Notes: generated by a model not told the origin, from the sequence alone. Shown: positions 43,632 to 54,784, numbered from the stretch's first letter. The stretch is 64,000 nucleotides of DNA from an uncultured Gammaproteobacteria bacterium (GCA_964402425.1 CAYOCD010000003.1:4608-68607); one strand, 5' to 3'. Program-made: numbers and translations.

Positions 43632-45800
43632 ATGAAACGAGAAACACACCTCCGTATTTTTGAAACAATCGTAGGAGCCCTCTTTTTGCTCCCTCTTGTT
43701 TTTTATTCTGGGTTTTTTTCACCTTTTGGAACAACACAAACAATTCTCTTTATCACCCTCATAGAATTCGCTCTACCGTATTATCTTTTTTTATTACACA
43801 AATTTCCTGAACATAAACCATCTTTTCGAAACCCATTCATTCTTGCTTGGATCGGATTTTTATCTACCCTCACTATCTCTGCAATCATTGGTGTTGATCC
43901 GTGGAACAGTTTTTTTGGAAATGTAAGCAGAACAGATGGTCTCATTTTACATTATCATCTTTTTGCGTTTTTTTTCTATCTCCAATTCTTGTTCCAAACA
44001 AAAAAACAAATCGCCAGTCAATACACTCTTTATCTTATCTGGATCACAACCGCGGTCGCCATCATTGGCATCTTACAATATTTCAATATAATTTCATTAT
44101 TCTCGGGTGACATACATACAGGTCGCGTTTCATCAACTCTTGGAAATCCTAATTTTTTTGCCGCTTCACTCATCATTCCATTCTTTTTTTCAATCAATCA
44201 GTTTTTTTCAAACTCATCACGCAATCATCGACTTATCTACGCAGGCATCATCAGTATTCTCTTTTTAGGAGTCATTGCATCAGGTACACGCGGAGCATTA
44301 CTCGGAATCATAAGTGGTCTTTTATTTGCGGGTGTCTTATGGGTCTTTAAACAATCATCAATACACACTCGTAAGCGTATTACGACCCTTCTTATTCTTT
44401 CACTTCTTGTAAGTGGTAGTATTTTTTTAAGCATACGTACTTTCTCATCAGAGAACACTGCCCTATATAGACTTACGCATTTTGCAGATGAAAGTACCGG
44501 CACTCGTCTCGTCTACTGGAATCTTGCGATAAAAGGATGGCTTGATCGTCCACTGTCTGGTGTTGGTCATCAAAATTTTTATCATATAGCAGACAAACAT
44601 TACGAGAAAGAATTATATGACAAAAGCGGATCGTGGCCAGACAAAGTGCATAATACCCCTCTTGAAATCCTTGCAACAGGAGGAATATTTGCCTTTCTCT
44701 TTTATGGCTTCATGCTCATATCACTATGCAGACAACTCTGGCAAAACCCAAAACAATCAATAAACAATAAAATATTTTTCATCTCTGCCCTCACTGCTTA
44801 TTTTATTCAAAACTGTTTTGGTTTTGATACAATCATTCCACTTGTTCAGATATCATTTCTGTTTGCAATAATGACCTTATTACAAACAAGCAATGAAAAA
44901 AAACCCTTTCCTCTTATTTGGTCAGGTAGTGCATTTGTAATTATCATCGTCATCATGGGAGGATTTCTCATTCCTACTGTACGTGAACTCAACCTTCTTC
45001 ATTCAGCCGATATCAAAACGGGTTACAACAACAAAGCCGCCCTTGAGGACTTAGAACGTGCAAAAAAACTTTCGTTCATCTTTGATATTGAACGTATCGG
45101 AAAACTTCTTTATTTACTTCAAAAATCAGAAGTAAGTACTAATACATCACAAGAAATAACAAATAAACGCATAGCCGATCTCTCTATTGAGATAAATAAA
45201 CAAGTTGTAAAACGTCATCCTCAAAAAGCTTTTGTTTGGTTTGTTTATGCAAATGCACTCAATCTACATACCTATGTCTATCAAGGAATAAATAAGGAAG
45301 AATCCTTTAACGCCGCTGAACGGATCCTTGAACTCGCACCAACACGCGCGGAAGGATTCGTTGTTTTATCTAATCTTCATGATATAAACAACGAACCCAC
45401 ACAAGCATTATTTTATGCACAAAAATCAGTTGAAATCGCTCAAAATGATCCAGAAATTCTTTGGAATCTTGCGTATATATATTTAAAGCAAGAACAAAAA
45501 GATTTGGCGGCTGAAATTGGTTTAAAAAGCATGAAAGCTGGATTAATTCCAACAAACGTTGATTCTCTCAATTGGCTGATTGATTATTTTGTAGAGAAAC
45601 AAAATACAGAAAACGTTGTTTTTCTTTATGAAAGATCCGTCTACTTTGCCCCTGAAAAGATCGCATTGCTCCCCAAACTCGCCGCTGCGTATGCTTTAAA
45701 CAATCAAAAAAATAATGCAATAGATACAGCCCTTCTTCTCAAACAAAAAGATCCTTCGAGCGGACCTGAAGTAGATGCTTTCATTCAATCTCTCCGCTGA
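43632..45800 (+). CDS. O-antigen ligase (Wzy_C) family membrane protein fused to C-terminal TPR repeats
   Basis: About 10 TM helices; a Wzy_C-like loop (GTRGALLGII...RPLSGVGHQNFYHIADK...HNTPLEILATGG); the C-terminal ~250 aa have TPR-like repeats. GGAG SD. Confidence 0.7.
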   Translation: MKRETHLRIFETIVGALFLLPLVFYSGFFSPFGTTQTILFITLIEFALPYYLFLLHKFPEHKPSFRNPFILAWIGFLSTLTISAIIGVDPWNSFFGNVSRTDGLILHYHLFAFFFYLQFLFQTKKQIASQYTLYLIWITTAVAIIGILQYFNIISLFSGDIHTGRVSSTLGNPNFFAASLIIPFFFSINQFFSNSSRNHRLIYAGIISILFLGVIASGTRGALLGIISGLLFAGVLWVFKQSSIHTRKRITTLLILSLLVSGSIFLSIRTFSSENTALYRLTHFADESTGTRLVYWNLAIKGWLDRPLSGVGHQNFYHIADKHYEKELYDKSGSWPDKVHNTPLEILATGGIFAFLFYGFMLISLCRQLWQNPKQSINNKIFFISALTAYFIQNCFGFDTIIPLVQISFLFAIMTLLQTSNEKKPFPLIWSGSAFVIIIVIMGGFLIPTVRELNLLHSADIKTGYNNKAALEDLERAKKLSFIFDIERIGKLLYLLQKSEVSTNTSQEITNKRIADLSIEINKQVVKRHPQKAFVWFVYANALNLHTYVYQGINKEESFNAAERILELAPTRAEGFVVLSNLHDINNEPTQALFYAQKSVEIAQNDPEILWNLAYIYLKQEQKDLAAEIGLKSMKAGLIPTNVDSLNWLIDYFVEKQNTENVVFLYERSVYFAPEKIALLPKLAAAYALNNQKNNAIDTALLLKQKDPSSGPEVDAFIQSLR

Positions 45801-45816
45801 TAATCCGTATGCATAT

Positions 45817-46710
45817 ATGAATCAATCGATTGTTTCGATCATCATTCCAACCCGCTTTAGATCAGAAGCCTTAAAAAATGTTTTACTTGATATCGCGGCA
45901 CAAACCATAGATCAGCAAACAATTGAGGTATTAATTTTTAATGATGGAAACGATGCGGAAACGACTCAGCTCGTAAAACAACCTTGGCCGTTTCGTCTTC
46001 AGTATTTTTATTCATCTGAAAAAACAAATTCGTGTCGTAGTCGCAACGTCTGTCTTGATCACGCACAAGGCGAATGGATTATTTTCCTTGATGACGATGT
46101 ACGTTTTGAAAAAACATTTCTTACATGGGTACAACAACAATCAAAAACCTATTCCCTTTTTTCATGTCGTATAACAAAACCTCCGCACAACCAAAAGAAA
46201 CGCGGGGTCATTAAATTTCTTTCACAGATGTTTTTACGCGGAAAAACCCTTCCATTACTCGGATTTTCTATTGAAGGATACGAAGATAAACTTAAACACC
46301 CCATACACGTTGATCACCTTGTTGGTGCGGTCATGGTCGTTAAACACGATCTTGTGCGTACAATCCGATTTGATGAGTGGATTGGGGAAGGAACAGGATT
46401 CCTTGACGATTTAGAATTCATAAAAAAAATTCGTCTTACACATCATATTCCTGCCTGGTATATATCCTCATTTGATGTTCTGCATTTACAAGCACCCTCT
46501 GGCGGAAACAGAGAACATGATCACAAACGATGGTTCTATTATTACCAAGCACACAAAATTTATTTTTTCAGAAAATATTTTCATTCCTATCTTCCAACAA
46601 TTCTCATCATAAGCTTTATCGAGGCACTGTTACGCTCTATTCAAAAACGAACAAATCTAATTCCAACCTATGTCCGAGCAACACAATACGGACTGGCTCA
46701 AACAATCTAA
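45817..46710 (+). CDS. Glycosyltransferase family 2
   Basis: VSIIIPTRFRSEAL...IFNDGNDAE...FLDDDV. Confidence 0.75.
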   Translation: MNQSIVSIIIPTRFRSEALKNVLLDIAAQTIDQQTIEVLIFNDGNDAETTQLVKQPWPFRLQYFYSSEKTNSCRSRNVCLDHAQGEWIIFLDDDVRFEKTFLTWVQQQSKTYSLFSCRITKPPHNQKKRGVIKFLSQMFLRGKTLPLLGFSIEGYEDKLKHPIHVDHLVGAVMVVKHDLVRTIRFDEWIGEGTGFLDDLEFIKKIRLTHHIPAWYISSFDVLHLQAPSGGNREHDHKRWFYYYQAHKIYFFRKYFHSYLPTILIISFIEALLRSIQKRTNLIPTYVRATQYGLAQTI

Positions 46711-47779
46711 GATATTTATTTGGCAAGGTGGATGGAACGGCGGTGCCGAAACTGTTATGTTTGAGATGGCCAAGTTTTTACATGACACCTATCAAATCAC
46801 GCCAACCCTAGGTGTTTTCAAGGAAAACGTTGATGAACAAAAACCATTCCCACAAATCACCATTGAGACACCATTCCCTAAATTGGTCGCCTATAAAAAT
46901 CTAATCGCATCATGGAAGCTACGCAAACAACTGCAAACATTTGATCTTGTCATCACACACTCCGGCGGATTTTGGAAAACAAAACAGAATCATTTTGCAT
47001 ATCATGAACCTGGCGATCTTTTTCGTTTATTTGCAGCACTCCCTCTCAAATCTAAAATAGGATATACGATTCCGCTTCTGTTCTCGATCTATGGACTCCG
47101 TACGGCAGATCTCCCGATTGCGGCTTCCAAAAAAGCCGAACATTTTTTTGATCAAGTGGGTGTGAAGTCGTTTCTTTCAAGTTCAAACTTTATTGATATT
47201 TCCCAACTTCCCAACTCAATTCAACATACCCACGATTCTTCACAGCCATTCCAACTCGTTTTTATTGGTCGAGATGATAAGATAAAAAATCTTCCGTGGC
47301 TTGAACGCACCTGTACTCGAATTGCAAAAACATCGAACATTCATTTACATGTGTTTGGAATCAAAAAACCGGATACAGAACACATCACGTATCACGGTTG
47401 GGTACAAGAAAAAACGATTTTCGATTTTTTAACACATCGGGCACACGCGTTTATTCTTGCCTCCCTTTTTGAAGCAAGTCCGCTCGTACTGCTTCAAGCA
47501 CTTGCCTGTGGAACTCCATCCCTCGTCAAAACATCTGCCCTTCCAACAGAACTCACATCTTTTGTATCCTCTTTTGAAGATGAGACAACCCTCGAGCAAA
47601 AAATTACAATGTTAATCACAACATATACAAGGGCATCGGAAATCGCAGCAAAAAACGCATCCATTATTCGACGTACATATGACAAACAATTCATTCTTAA
47701 ACGTGAGTTCGAAGCCATTGCGTCACGGATTTTGGCAACACATCTAGAATCCCAAAAAATACCGCCGGAAAATCTTTAA
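46670..47779 (+). CDS. Glycosyltransferase (GT-B, GT4-like)
   Basis: C-terminal FEASPLVLLQALACGTPSL is an EX7E-like motif. Confidence 0.65.
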   Translation: MSEQHNTDWLKQSKIFIWQGGWNGGAETVMFEMAKFLHDTYQITPTLGVFKENVDEQKPFPQITIETPFPKLVAYKNLIASWKLRKQLQTFDLVITHSGGFWKTKQNHFAYHEPGDLFRLFAALPLKSKIGYTIPLLFSIYGLRTADLPIAASKKAEHFFDQVGVKSFLSSSNFIDISQLPNSIQHTHDSSQPFQLVFIGRDDKIKNLPWLERTCTRIAKTSNIHLHVFGIKKPDTEHITYHGWVQEKTIFDFLTHRAHAFILASLFEASPLVLLQALACGTPSLVKTSALPTELTSFVSSFEDETTLEQKITMLITTYTRASEIAAKNASIIRRTYDKQFILKREFEAIASRILATHLESQKIPPENL

Positions 47780-48503
47780 GCGGATAGCGTAATTCCCGAA
47801 ACACGAACCAACGAGCGCGTGTAACATTCCAAACTCGTTTCCAGACACTTCGGGTCCGCGTTAAACTGTTTGCATGAATGCGATACCACACCAAAACATC
47901 CGGCATGTTTGCCACATGAGAAATTTTCATCACACGTACATACATCTCCCACTCAAATCCAGGAAGAAAGGTATCATGATACGGTCCAGCTGCCGCTAAA
48001 ATCTCTCTGCGATACATCACAGTACTATGCACAAACGGATTGAATCGAATAAGCACGCGATGAATATCTTCGTGCGCGAGCGGAGCAGATATAAGCTCAC
48101 CCGTCTTTGTTCCATCCTCTTTCATAATCTCTGCAAACGACCCAACCATTCCAACTTCTGGATGCTGTTCCAAAAAATGTCGCTGTACTTCTAATCGGTT
48201 AGGCTCTGAAACATCATCTGCATCATTAATTGCAATATACACACCACGCGCAAGAGAAATTGCCTCATTTAATGCCGAAATTCGCCCCTGACGCACGCGA
48301 TGATAAACACGAAATCTTCCGTCCATGGAATGATAGCGATCAAGACATGCAGCTGTACCGTCTGTTGAGCCATCGTCAATAATTACCGCTTCCCAATCAG
48401 ACTCGGTCTGATGTAGAAATGACAAAAGCGTTTCTTCAAGAAACGCTGCTCCGTTAAAGACGGTCACAATAAAACTAAAACGTGGTTGCGTGAAGGATTC
48501 CAT
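47697..48503 (-). CDS. Glycosyltransferase family 2
   Basis: FSFIVTVFNGAAFLEETLLS...IIDDGSTDGT...DADD. Confidence 0.7.
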   Translation of the reverse strand: MESFTQPRFSFIVTVFNGAAFLEETLLSFLHQTESDWEAVIIDDGSTDGTAACLDRYHSMDGRFRVYHRVRQGRISALNEAISLARGVYIAINDADDVSEPNRLEVQRHFLEQHPEVGMVGSFAEIMKEDGTKTGELISAPLAHEDIHRVLIRFNPFVHSTVMYRREILAAAGPYHDTFLPGFEWEMYVRVMKISHVANMPDVLVWYRIHANSLTRTRSVWKRVWNVTRARWFVFRELRYPLKDFPAVFFGILDVLPKSVTQWLRTHV

Positions 48504-48514
48504 AAATTCCCAAT

Positions 48515-49429
48515 ATGTTGCATGAAGAATTGAAACAATCTGCAGACCGCTTAATGTACTATTTGCGTACACAACTCACACCAAACGGCTTTGAAGCCAG
48601 AACATTTTACGGTGAGATTTTTACCCTTCTTGGATGTGAGTATTCTGATTCAGAATGCACATTTACACAAGATCTTGTAAAAGGACATGTGGAAAAACTC
48701 AAAACACTCGAGGAAGCACGTCAGCATCAAGAATTTCATCTCTATGCATACTCTCTGCTCTCCCCCGCTTATCAAGCATTCTTTGATGCACCAAATTTGC
48801 ATTTCAAACACACAATTCGCGCAAAACCCACAAACTGGATTCTTCTCAGAGGAATCGCCAAGATACGTTTTGGTTCCATCTTCGAAAAACAATTCTGGAA
48901 ATGGATTCTTCTAATCGTCATTCAATACAACACACGAGATGGATTCATTTTAGATCGTGGAATTGGTGCCATGATTCGCAAAGAAGAAAAAGATGTCTAT
49001 CTTTCAGATCAATATCAAGCATTTATGCTTGTGCTCCTCACAGACTTATTCGATCTCACAAAAAATCCATTGTATTTAACATCATTTGAAAAAGGACTAA
49101 CTGCATTACTCTCTCATCAAACAGAAACGGGTGAGATCATTCGTTTTGGTCGAGGGCGTAAACAAATTTTTGGTTACGGATCTATTTTATACGCACTTTC
49201 ATGGAGTATTATAAAACAACACAAAGACGAACATGTTTCATCACTTCGACAAATTTTTATGCATGTTCGCTCATTTCAAAACACAGATGGATCCTTCCCG
49301 CTTGTTTTAACCAAAGGAGACGATCCATCTATGTGGGAGCGATACAATAATTTATTTGACTACCTACCGTTTCTTGCAACAATGCTCTACCGATCTGCAC
49401 ATCTACTTAAGAAAGATTCTGTTTCTTAA
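48515..49429 (+). CDS. Hypothetical protein
   Basis: 304 aa, inside the glycan locus. No motif recognised. Confidence 0.45.
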   Translation: MLHEELKQSADRLMYYLRTQLTPNGFEARTFYGEIFTLLGCEYSDSECTFTQDLVKGHVEKLKTLEEARQHQEFHLYAYSLLSPAYQAFFDAPNLHFKHTIRAKPTNWILLRGIAKIRFGSIFEKQFWKWILLIVIQYNTRDGFILDRGIGAMIRKEEKDVYLSDQYQAFMLVLLTDLFDLTKNPLYLTSFEKGLTALLSHQTETGEIIRFGRGRKQIFGYGSILYALSWSIIKQHKDEHVSSLRQIFMHVRSFQNTDGSFPLVLTKGDDPSMWERYNNLFDYLPFLATMLYRSAHLLKKDSVS

Positions 49430-50096
49430 CGTGTTTTTTTGCAAAGAAAATCACGTGATACGACAACCAACCGAATTCACGTGCATATTCCCATTGGGAA
49501 ACATGACGCTGTGTGCGAATTAAATAATCTCGAAAAAACGGTCGAAGAATGTACGTTGTTAAAAAAAAGAATTGTGACAATCCGACACCACGACGTTCAT
49601 ATTGAACCAGAGGAAAATCTTGTTTCAACAACGCGTGTAATTCGCGCAGAGTGTAATGATGATGTGTTGGTTTTTTCCAACGTAAACATGCAAGAATATT
49701 TTCTGGATCTACAATACGCGAAAGTCCCGCATAAGGTGTCGACCCAATAAACAATCCACCATCTACCAAAATCCGTGCAATTTCTTTCACGGTTTTTTGA
49801 TCATCATCCACATGCTCAAGTACATCTAAATTAAGAGCAGCATCAAATGAAGCGTTTGAAAACGGCATGTGTTCCACATTTCCAGATACAACATGTATTT
49901 CTGTTTTTTGCAGAATTTGTTGCGTATGAGCGACAGCCTTTGGATCTCCGTCAATTCCTGTGAGATTGGTAAACCCATGTTCCGAAAGCGATACGAGCGT
50001 TTCACCAAAACCACATCCAACATCAAGAATCACAGATTTTTTTGGTTCTGATAAATTTTCCAATAAACCTTGTCTTGCGCGATCTGATCGATTCAT
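49407..50096 (-). CDS. Class I SAM-dependent methyltransferase
   Basis: VLDVGCGFGE is SAM-binding motif I, with motif II/III spacing consistent. Confidence 0.75.
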   Translation of the reverse strand: MNRSDRARQGLLENLSEPKKSVILDVGCGFGETLVSLSEHGFTNLTGIDGDPKAVAHTQQILQKTEIHVVSGNVEHMPFSNASFDAALNLDVLEHVDDDQKTVKEIARILVDGGLFIGSTPYAGLSRIVDPENILACLRWKKPTHHHYTLRELHALLKQDFPLVQYERRGVGLSQFFFLTTYILRPFFRDYLIRTQRHVSQWEYAREFGWLSYHVIFFAKKHVKKQNLS

Positions 50097-50178
50097 ACAT
50101 CAATGTTTACAGTAAAAAAGATTCTCACCATCGGTGATGGGATGTTACAAAAAAATTTAAATCCAACATTTATCTGAC

Positions 50179-50982
50179 TCAGAGTGAGATGTTTTTTACC
50201 AAAGCACAAGAAGATACAAGACGAATTTTTTCTCCTTTTTCGAGCCGACCGAGTCGATAGGATGTTAGAGGTAATAATCTATAACTTTGTTTTTTTAACC
50301 AAGTCCATGAATGTTTTTTCTCTCCGCGATACAAGAGCCTTCGTTTGAGTCCACAAATAGACAAAAAATGATTCCACACAGCAGGAATGGCTTTATTATA
50401 AAATGAGTAATTCAATTTTGTTACAATAGATGTATCTGATGTTGGAAGATAACGAATGTGAGCGATCCAAAAACCAGGCTCGTCTCGGACGTACAAAAAG
50501 GGAACAAACGATGCGGGAGCCTCGTGTTGTAAAACACGAATACATATTCCACCCGAGAGTCCCTCAAATCGAATTGTGTTATGTTCTGGATCAACCGGAA
50601 ATTGATGATAAATATTTTCGTCTTTGTGCAAAATAATTTTTTCATGAATAACCGCGGAGTCAAACCATGCTTTTGGAAACACATAACGAGATACAAAATC
50701 AAGAAGCTCAGTTTGTTCTGTCGCTTCAAATGTGTGCATGCGAAAAATTTCCCCATTCGATTCAGACTCATCAATTGAAAGCACACCTTTCCCATCCGTC
50801 ATCTGAATACGTCGTTTTGAATTACAAGACGATTCAGTACACACCTCAACAAATTTCTCTTGTGATATATACTGTCCTGTTCCCTTTAATGAAAAAAAAG
50901 AACGTGAGTCTGCAAATTCAATCCCCCAAAATTCTTGCCCGAATAAAAACAGATTCGGTTGTCGAAAATCGATTTTAGACAT
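50179..50982 (-). CDS. Hypothetical protein
   Basis: 267 aa. No motif recognised. Confidence 0.45.
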   Translation of the reverse strand: MSKIDFRQPNLFLFGQEFWGIEFADSRSFFSLKGTGQYISQEKFVEVCTESSCNSKRRIQMTDGKGVLSIDESESNGEIFRMHTFEATEQTELLDFVSRYVFPKAWFDSAVIHEKIILHKDENIYHQFPVDPEHNTIRFEGLSGGICIRVLQHEAPASFVPFLYVRDEPGFWIAHIRYLPTSDTSIVTKLNYSFYNKAIPAVWNHFLSICGLKRRLLYRGEKKHSWTWLKKQSYRLLPLTSYRLGRLEKGEKIRLVSSCALVKNISL

Positions 50983-50998
50983 ATTCTATGAAAAACCT

Positions 50999-52111
50999 AT
51001 GAACATCCTCCACATCAATAAATTTTACCCACCCTGGATCGGAGGGATTGAAACAATAGTATCCGAAATCTCTGAAATGTTACAGCACACCGGGCATGTA
51101 AATACTGTTTTGGTTTGTCAAAGCCAAATTGATTCAAATCAAAGTGAAGTCCTGAATGAAGTGAAGATTGAACGTGCCAAAACCCTTGGTTCCTTTTTTG
51201 GCATGCCCATCTCCCTTGATTTTTTCTTTGCGTTTAAACGTGCATCACGCAACACAGACGTTATCTTGCTTCATCACCCGTTCCCTCTCGGTTTTCTTGC
51301 AGCGCTTCTTTTTGCAAGAAAAAAACGGCTTGTTATTTTTTATCATGCAGACATTGTGCGTCAAAAAAACGTCGCACTTCTTCTTTCTCCTCTTTTTCAC
51401 ACCGTTCTTTCTCGCGCGTCTGACATTCTTGTCACAAGCGATCAACTTACACAATCTTCCCCACTTTTGCATCGCTATCAAAAAAAATGTACAACCATTC
51501 CACTTTGGATCGATGAAATAAAATTAAAACAAACCAGCGAGACAGAACAATCATCCAAAAACATCAAACAAACATTTGGACAACCTCTTCTGTTAAGTGT
51601 CGGTCGTTTAGTTTCCTACAAAGGTTACGAATTTCTCATTGATGCACTTCAATCCGTTTCTGCACATGCGCTGATTATCGGAACAGGTCCACTCAAACAA
51701 ACCCTTCTTGAACGCATCCATCGAAATAACCTTGACGATCGTGTCATGATTATCGATCCCGTAGAAGATCTTGCACCCTATTATTATGCCGCGTCTGTTT
51801 TTGTGTTACCATCGATCACAAATGCGGAAGCATTCGGTATCGTGCAACTAGAAGCGATGTTTTGTGGCTGCCCCGTGATCAATACATCCCTTCCGACTGG
51901 CGTTCCGGAAGTGAGTCTTCACAATCAAACAGGACTTACTGTTGAACCAAAAAATACACAGCAACTTGCGCAAGCAATCAACACACTTCTCAACAATGAA
52001 ACGTTAAGGAAACAATTTGCCGAACAAGCACATCATCGCGCCGTCACCCATTTTTCAAAAAAACGATCTCTTCAAGTCCTTGAATCCGTCTTGTTGAAAA
52101 CCACCTTATGA
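50999..52111 (+). CDS. Glycosyltransferase family 4
   Basis: GT-B with the EX7E motif (AEAFGIVQLEAMFCGCPVI). Confidence 0.8.
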   Translation: MNILHINKFYPPWIGGIETIVSEISEMLQHTGHVNTVLVCQSQIDSNQSEVLNEVKIERAKTLGSFFGMPISLDFFFAFKRASRNTDVILLHHPFPLGFLAALLFARKKRLVIFYHADIVRQKNVALLLSPLFHTVLSRASDILVTSDQLTQSSPLLHRYQKKCTTIPLWIDEIKLKQTSETEQSSKNIKQTFGQPLLLSVGRLVSYKGYEFLIDALQSVSAHALIIGTGPLKQTLLERIHRNNLDDRVMIIDPVEDLAPYYYAASVFVLPSITNAEAFGIVQLEAMFCGCPVINTSLPTGVPEVSLHNQTGLTVEPKNTQQLAQAINTLLNNETLRKQFAEQAHHRAVTHFSKKRSLQVLESVLLKTTL

Positions 52112-53424
52112 TCTTCCGACACAAATTCGCCATTCTCCCCTTCTTTCTTTTGGCGATTCCAACATTCTGCATCTTTGGAGTCAGTTTATGGCTGACACTT
52201 TCTTGGCGCTATCCCACAGGACTTACCGAAGAACAACTACAAACACACATCGTTCTTTTCAGCACCATTGGTTTCATCTGGCTCATCCTCTTCTACGCCT
52301 TTGGTCTCTTTGATCTCAAGACACGAAAACATCCGATGGATCTTATTTCTGCCCTCCTTGGCGCAAATGTTCTTGGTCTTGTTGTAGCTGTTGTTTTTTT
52401 CTATTTCCAACCAAACTTGATTATTACCCCTCGACGATTCTTGCTCGTTGATACGTTTTTTGTTCTTGTCTTTTCAACGATGTGGCAATTTTTTGTTCGA
52501 TCCATGGCGCGCAAACTGGTTCGACAAACGGTGTATTTTGTAAACCTGAAAGCAGAATATGAGGCGTGTCAAAAAGAACTCACCTCGCTTGAACACACCA
52601 TACAGGTTCATTCTATTCAAGATTCTGATCTCCTCACCCTGACAAAAAAAACAGACCAAGCACGCATATTTATCGTGCCAATGAATCCACAATTCTCTGC
52701 AGACATCCTTGAACAGTTCGCTCATCTCCACGCACACGGCGCAACCTTTATTCGATTCAATGATTTTTACGAAGAACTCTTCCGACGTGTTTATACGACA
52801 ACCTTAAATAGCTGGTGGATCTTGGAAAACACACACAAAACCTCTGTTGGCTTTTACCCGATCATTAAACGTTTTCTCGACATCATCTTCGCCATACTCA
52901 TTGCATTCGTCTTTCTCTTCACCTTCCCCTTCATCGCTCTTCTCATCAAACTCTCAGATGGGGGAAAAATCTTTTTTACCCAAATACGATTGTCCGTAAA
53001 TGGCACTCCATTCACGATCTACAAATACCGCACCATGCGTGCCGGAACACCAAATAACACATGGACGGCGGATCATGATCCACGAGTCACAGCTATCGGA
53101 CGATTCTTGCGCACAACACGACTCGATGAACTACCACAATGGATCAATATCCTTCGTGGGGACATGAGTCTCATTGGGCCGCGCCCAGAACAAGCTGGTA
53201 TTGTCGAAAAACTCAAAGAAGAAATTCCTTTTTTTGAATCACGTCACGCGATTCGTCCCGGTCTCATTGGATGGGCACAATTACACGTCTACGCAGGCAA
53301 TGCCGCAGAATCAAAACAAAAATTACAATACGATCTTTATTACCTAAAACACAGATCATTCTTGTTCGATCTAGAAATTCTTCTAAAGACAATCGCACAT
53401 GTCTTTTTTCTTCAAGGGAAATAA
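52108..53424 (+). CDS. Polyprenyl-phosphate sugar phosphotransferase (bacterial sugar transferase, WbaP/EpsB-like)
   Basis: C-terminal catalytic domain KRFLDIIFAILIA...DGGKIFFTQIRLSVNGTPFTIYKYRTM...DELPQWINILRGDMSLIGPRP. Confidence 0.85.
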   Translation: MIFRHKFAILPFFLLAIPTFCIFGVSLWLTLSWRYPTGLTEEQLQTHIVLFSTIGFIWLILFYAFGLFDLKTRKHPMDLISALLGANVLGLVVAVVFFYFQPNLIITPRRFLLVDTFFVLVFSTMWQFFVRSMARKLVRQTVYFVNLKAEYEACQKELTSLEHTIQVHSIQDSDLLTLTKKTDQARIFIVPMNPQFSADILEQFAHLHAHGATFIRFNDFYEELFRRVYTTTLNSWWILENTHKTSVGFYPIIKRFLDIIFAILIAFVFLFTFPFIALLIKLSDGGKIFFTQIRLSVNGTPFTIYKYRTMRAGTPNNTWTADHDPRVTAIGRFLRTTRLDELPQWINILRGDMSLIGPRPEQAGIVEKLKEEIPFFESRHAIRPGLIGWAQLHVYAGNAAESKQKLQYDLYYLKHRSFLFDLEILLKTIAHVFFLQGK

Positions 53425-53492
53425 ACAAGGTCGTTACAAAATAAATACAAAAAACTCCTTCGGGAGTTTTTTGTTTGATGAAGTCAACATGA

Positions 53493-54782
53493 TTATCGTG
53501 CACGTATAGTAAGCATAAGATCCGAAACGTTCATTCCTGTTACACCTGTTTCGAGATATGATCTTGTTTTCTGAAAAAAAGCAAAAGAATCGTTCTTTGC
53601 TAAATAAGATTCTGGTTTAAGTCCAAGAGTTTTTGCTTTTTGTTTTACAAGATCATCAACAAATGCACCCGCAACAGATGAATGATCGATTCCGTCGGAT
53701 GCACAAGAGAGCACAAGTGAATCTTCATGTAACGAAGATAGCGCCCCAAGCGCAAACTCTTGATTACGTCCGCCAATCCCCGATCCACGAATTTGAACGG
53801 TTGTTTCTCCGCCCGCAATAAGAACCTCTCCGGGTTTCACCAGTTCCACAAACATTTTTCCTTTCTCTCGCGCTTCACCTTGAAGATTATTTGAATAGAG
53901 AACAGGTTTATATCCGAGTCTTTTTGCTTCTTTCATCATTGCCGTTGTCGCAATAGCGTTTGAGACGACACAAAAGTTTGAAACACGTTCAAACAAATAC
54001 GGATCCTTTGGTGTCTCAATCAAATGACACTGTGGTAATTTACACACGGTCAGCACCTGATATTTTTCTAAAATACGCTTTGCATCTTTTGCGGTTGTTG
54101 TATCAAGGAATGTAGGTCCGCTTGCGACCATGCTGAGATCATCTCCCGGAACATCCGAAAAAATTAATCCAACAACGGTTGCAGGAAATGCCAATCGAAC
54201 AAATTGTCCACCCTGAATTTCTGAGATGTGTTTCCGTACGGTATTCATCTCTTGAATGGTTGCCCCTTTTTGCATGAGCACTTTTGTGATTGCCGTGATG
54301 TCATAACATTCCAATTGATACGGCCAACACAAAAGGGCAGATCCACCTCCGGATACAATCGTGATCACAAGATCTTGTGAATCAACCGCTTTGAGCAGCC
54401 CAACAATTTCTCCCGTTGCACGAATGTTCTCATAGCTCGGAAACGGATGCGTTCCTACAATACTCTTCATGTGCTTCAGTGTTCCTTTTTTCACATCAAG
54501 AATAATGCCGTCCGTGATTTTGTCTCCCAAAATCTTTTCAAGAGCTTTCGCGGCTTCAAGCGATGCCTTCCCAATTCCAATCACAAATACACGTCGAAAT
54601 GATTTTAGACGATATGTTTTTTTGCCAATCAAAAGAATATCTTGTTTAAGCGAAACGATTTGCTGTACCGCATTTTGCGTTTCAATCGCTCGTAATCCCG
54701 CTTCCAAAACAGAACACGCATCACGGCGCAAACCTGTTGTTGCAATCGCTGTATAATTTTTAAGGAGATGCTTGGCGGACAT
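53493..54782 (-). CDS. Glycerate kinase (MOFRL family, glycerate 2-kinase-like)
   Basis: VIGIGKASLEAAKAL...TIVSGGGSALL...GGETTVQIRGSGIGGRNQEFAL. Confidence 0.8.
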   Translation of the reverse strand: MSAKHLLKNYTAIATTGLRRDACSVLEAGLRAIETQNAVQQIVSLKQDILLIGKKTYRLKSFRRVFVIGIGKASLEAAKALEKILGDKITDGIILDVKKGTLKHMKSIVGTHPFPSYENIRATGEIVGLLKAVDSQDLVITIVSGGGSALLCWPYQLECYDITAITKVLMQKGATIQEMNTVRKHISEIQGGQFVRLAFPATVVGLIFSDVPGDDLSMVASGPTFLDTTTAKDAKRILEKYQVLTVCKLPQCHLIETPKDPYLFERVSNFCVVSNAIATTAMMKEAKRLGYKPVLYSNNLQGEAREKGKMFVELVKPGEVLIAGGETTVQIRGSGIGGRNQEFALGALSSLHEDSLVLSCASDGIDHSSVAGAFVDDLVKQKAKTLGLKPESYLAKNDSFAFFQKTRSYLETGVTGMNVSDLMLTIRAR

Positions 54783-54784
54783 AG

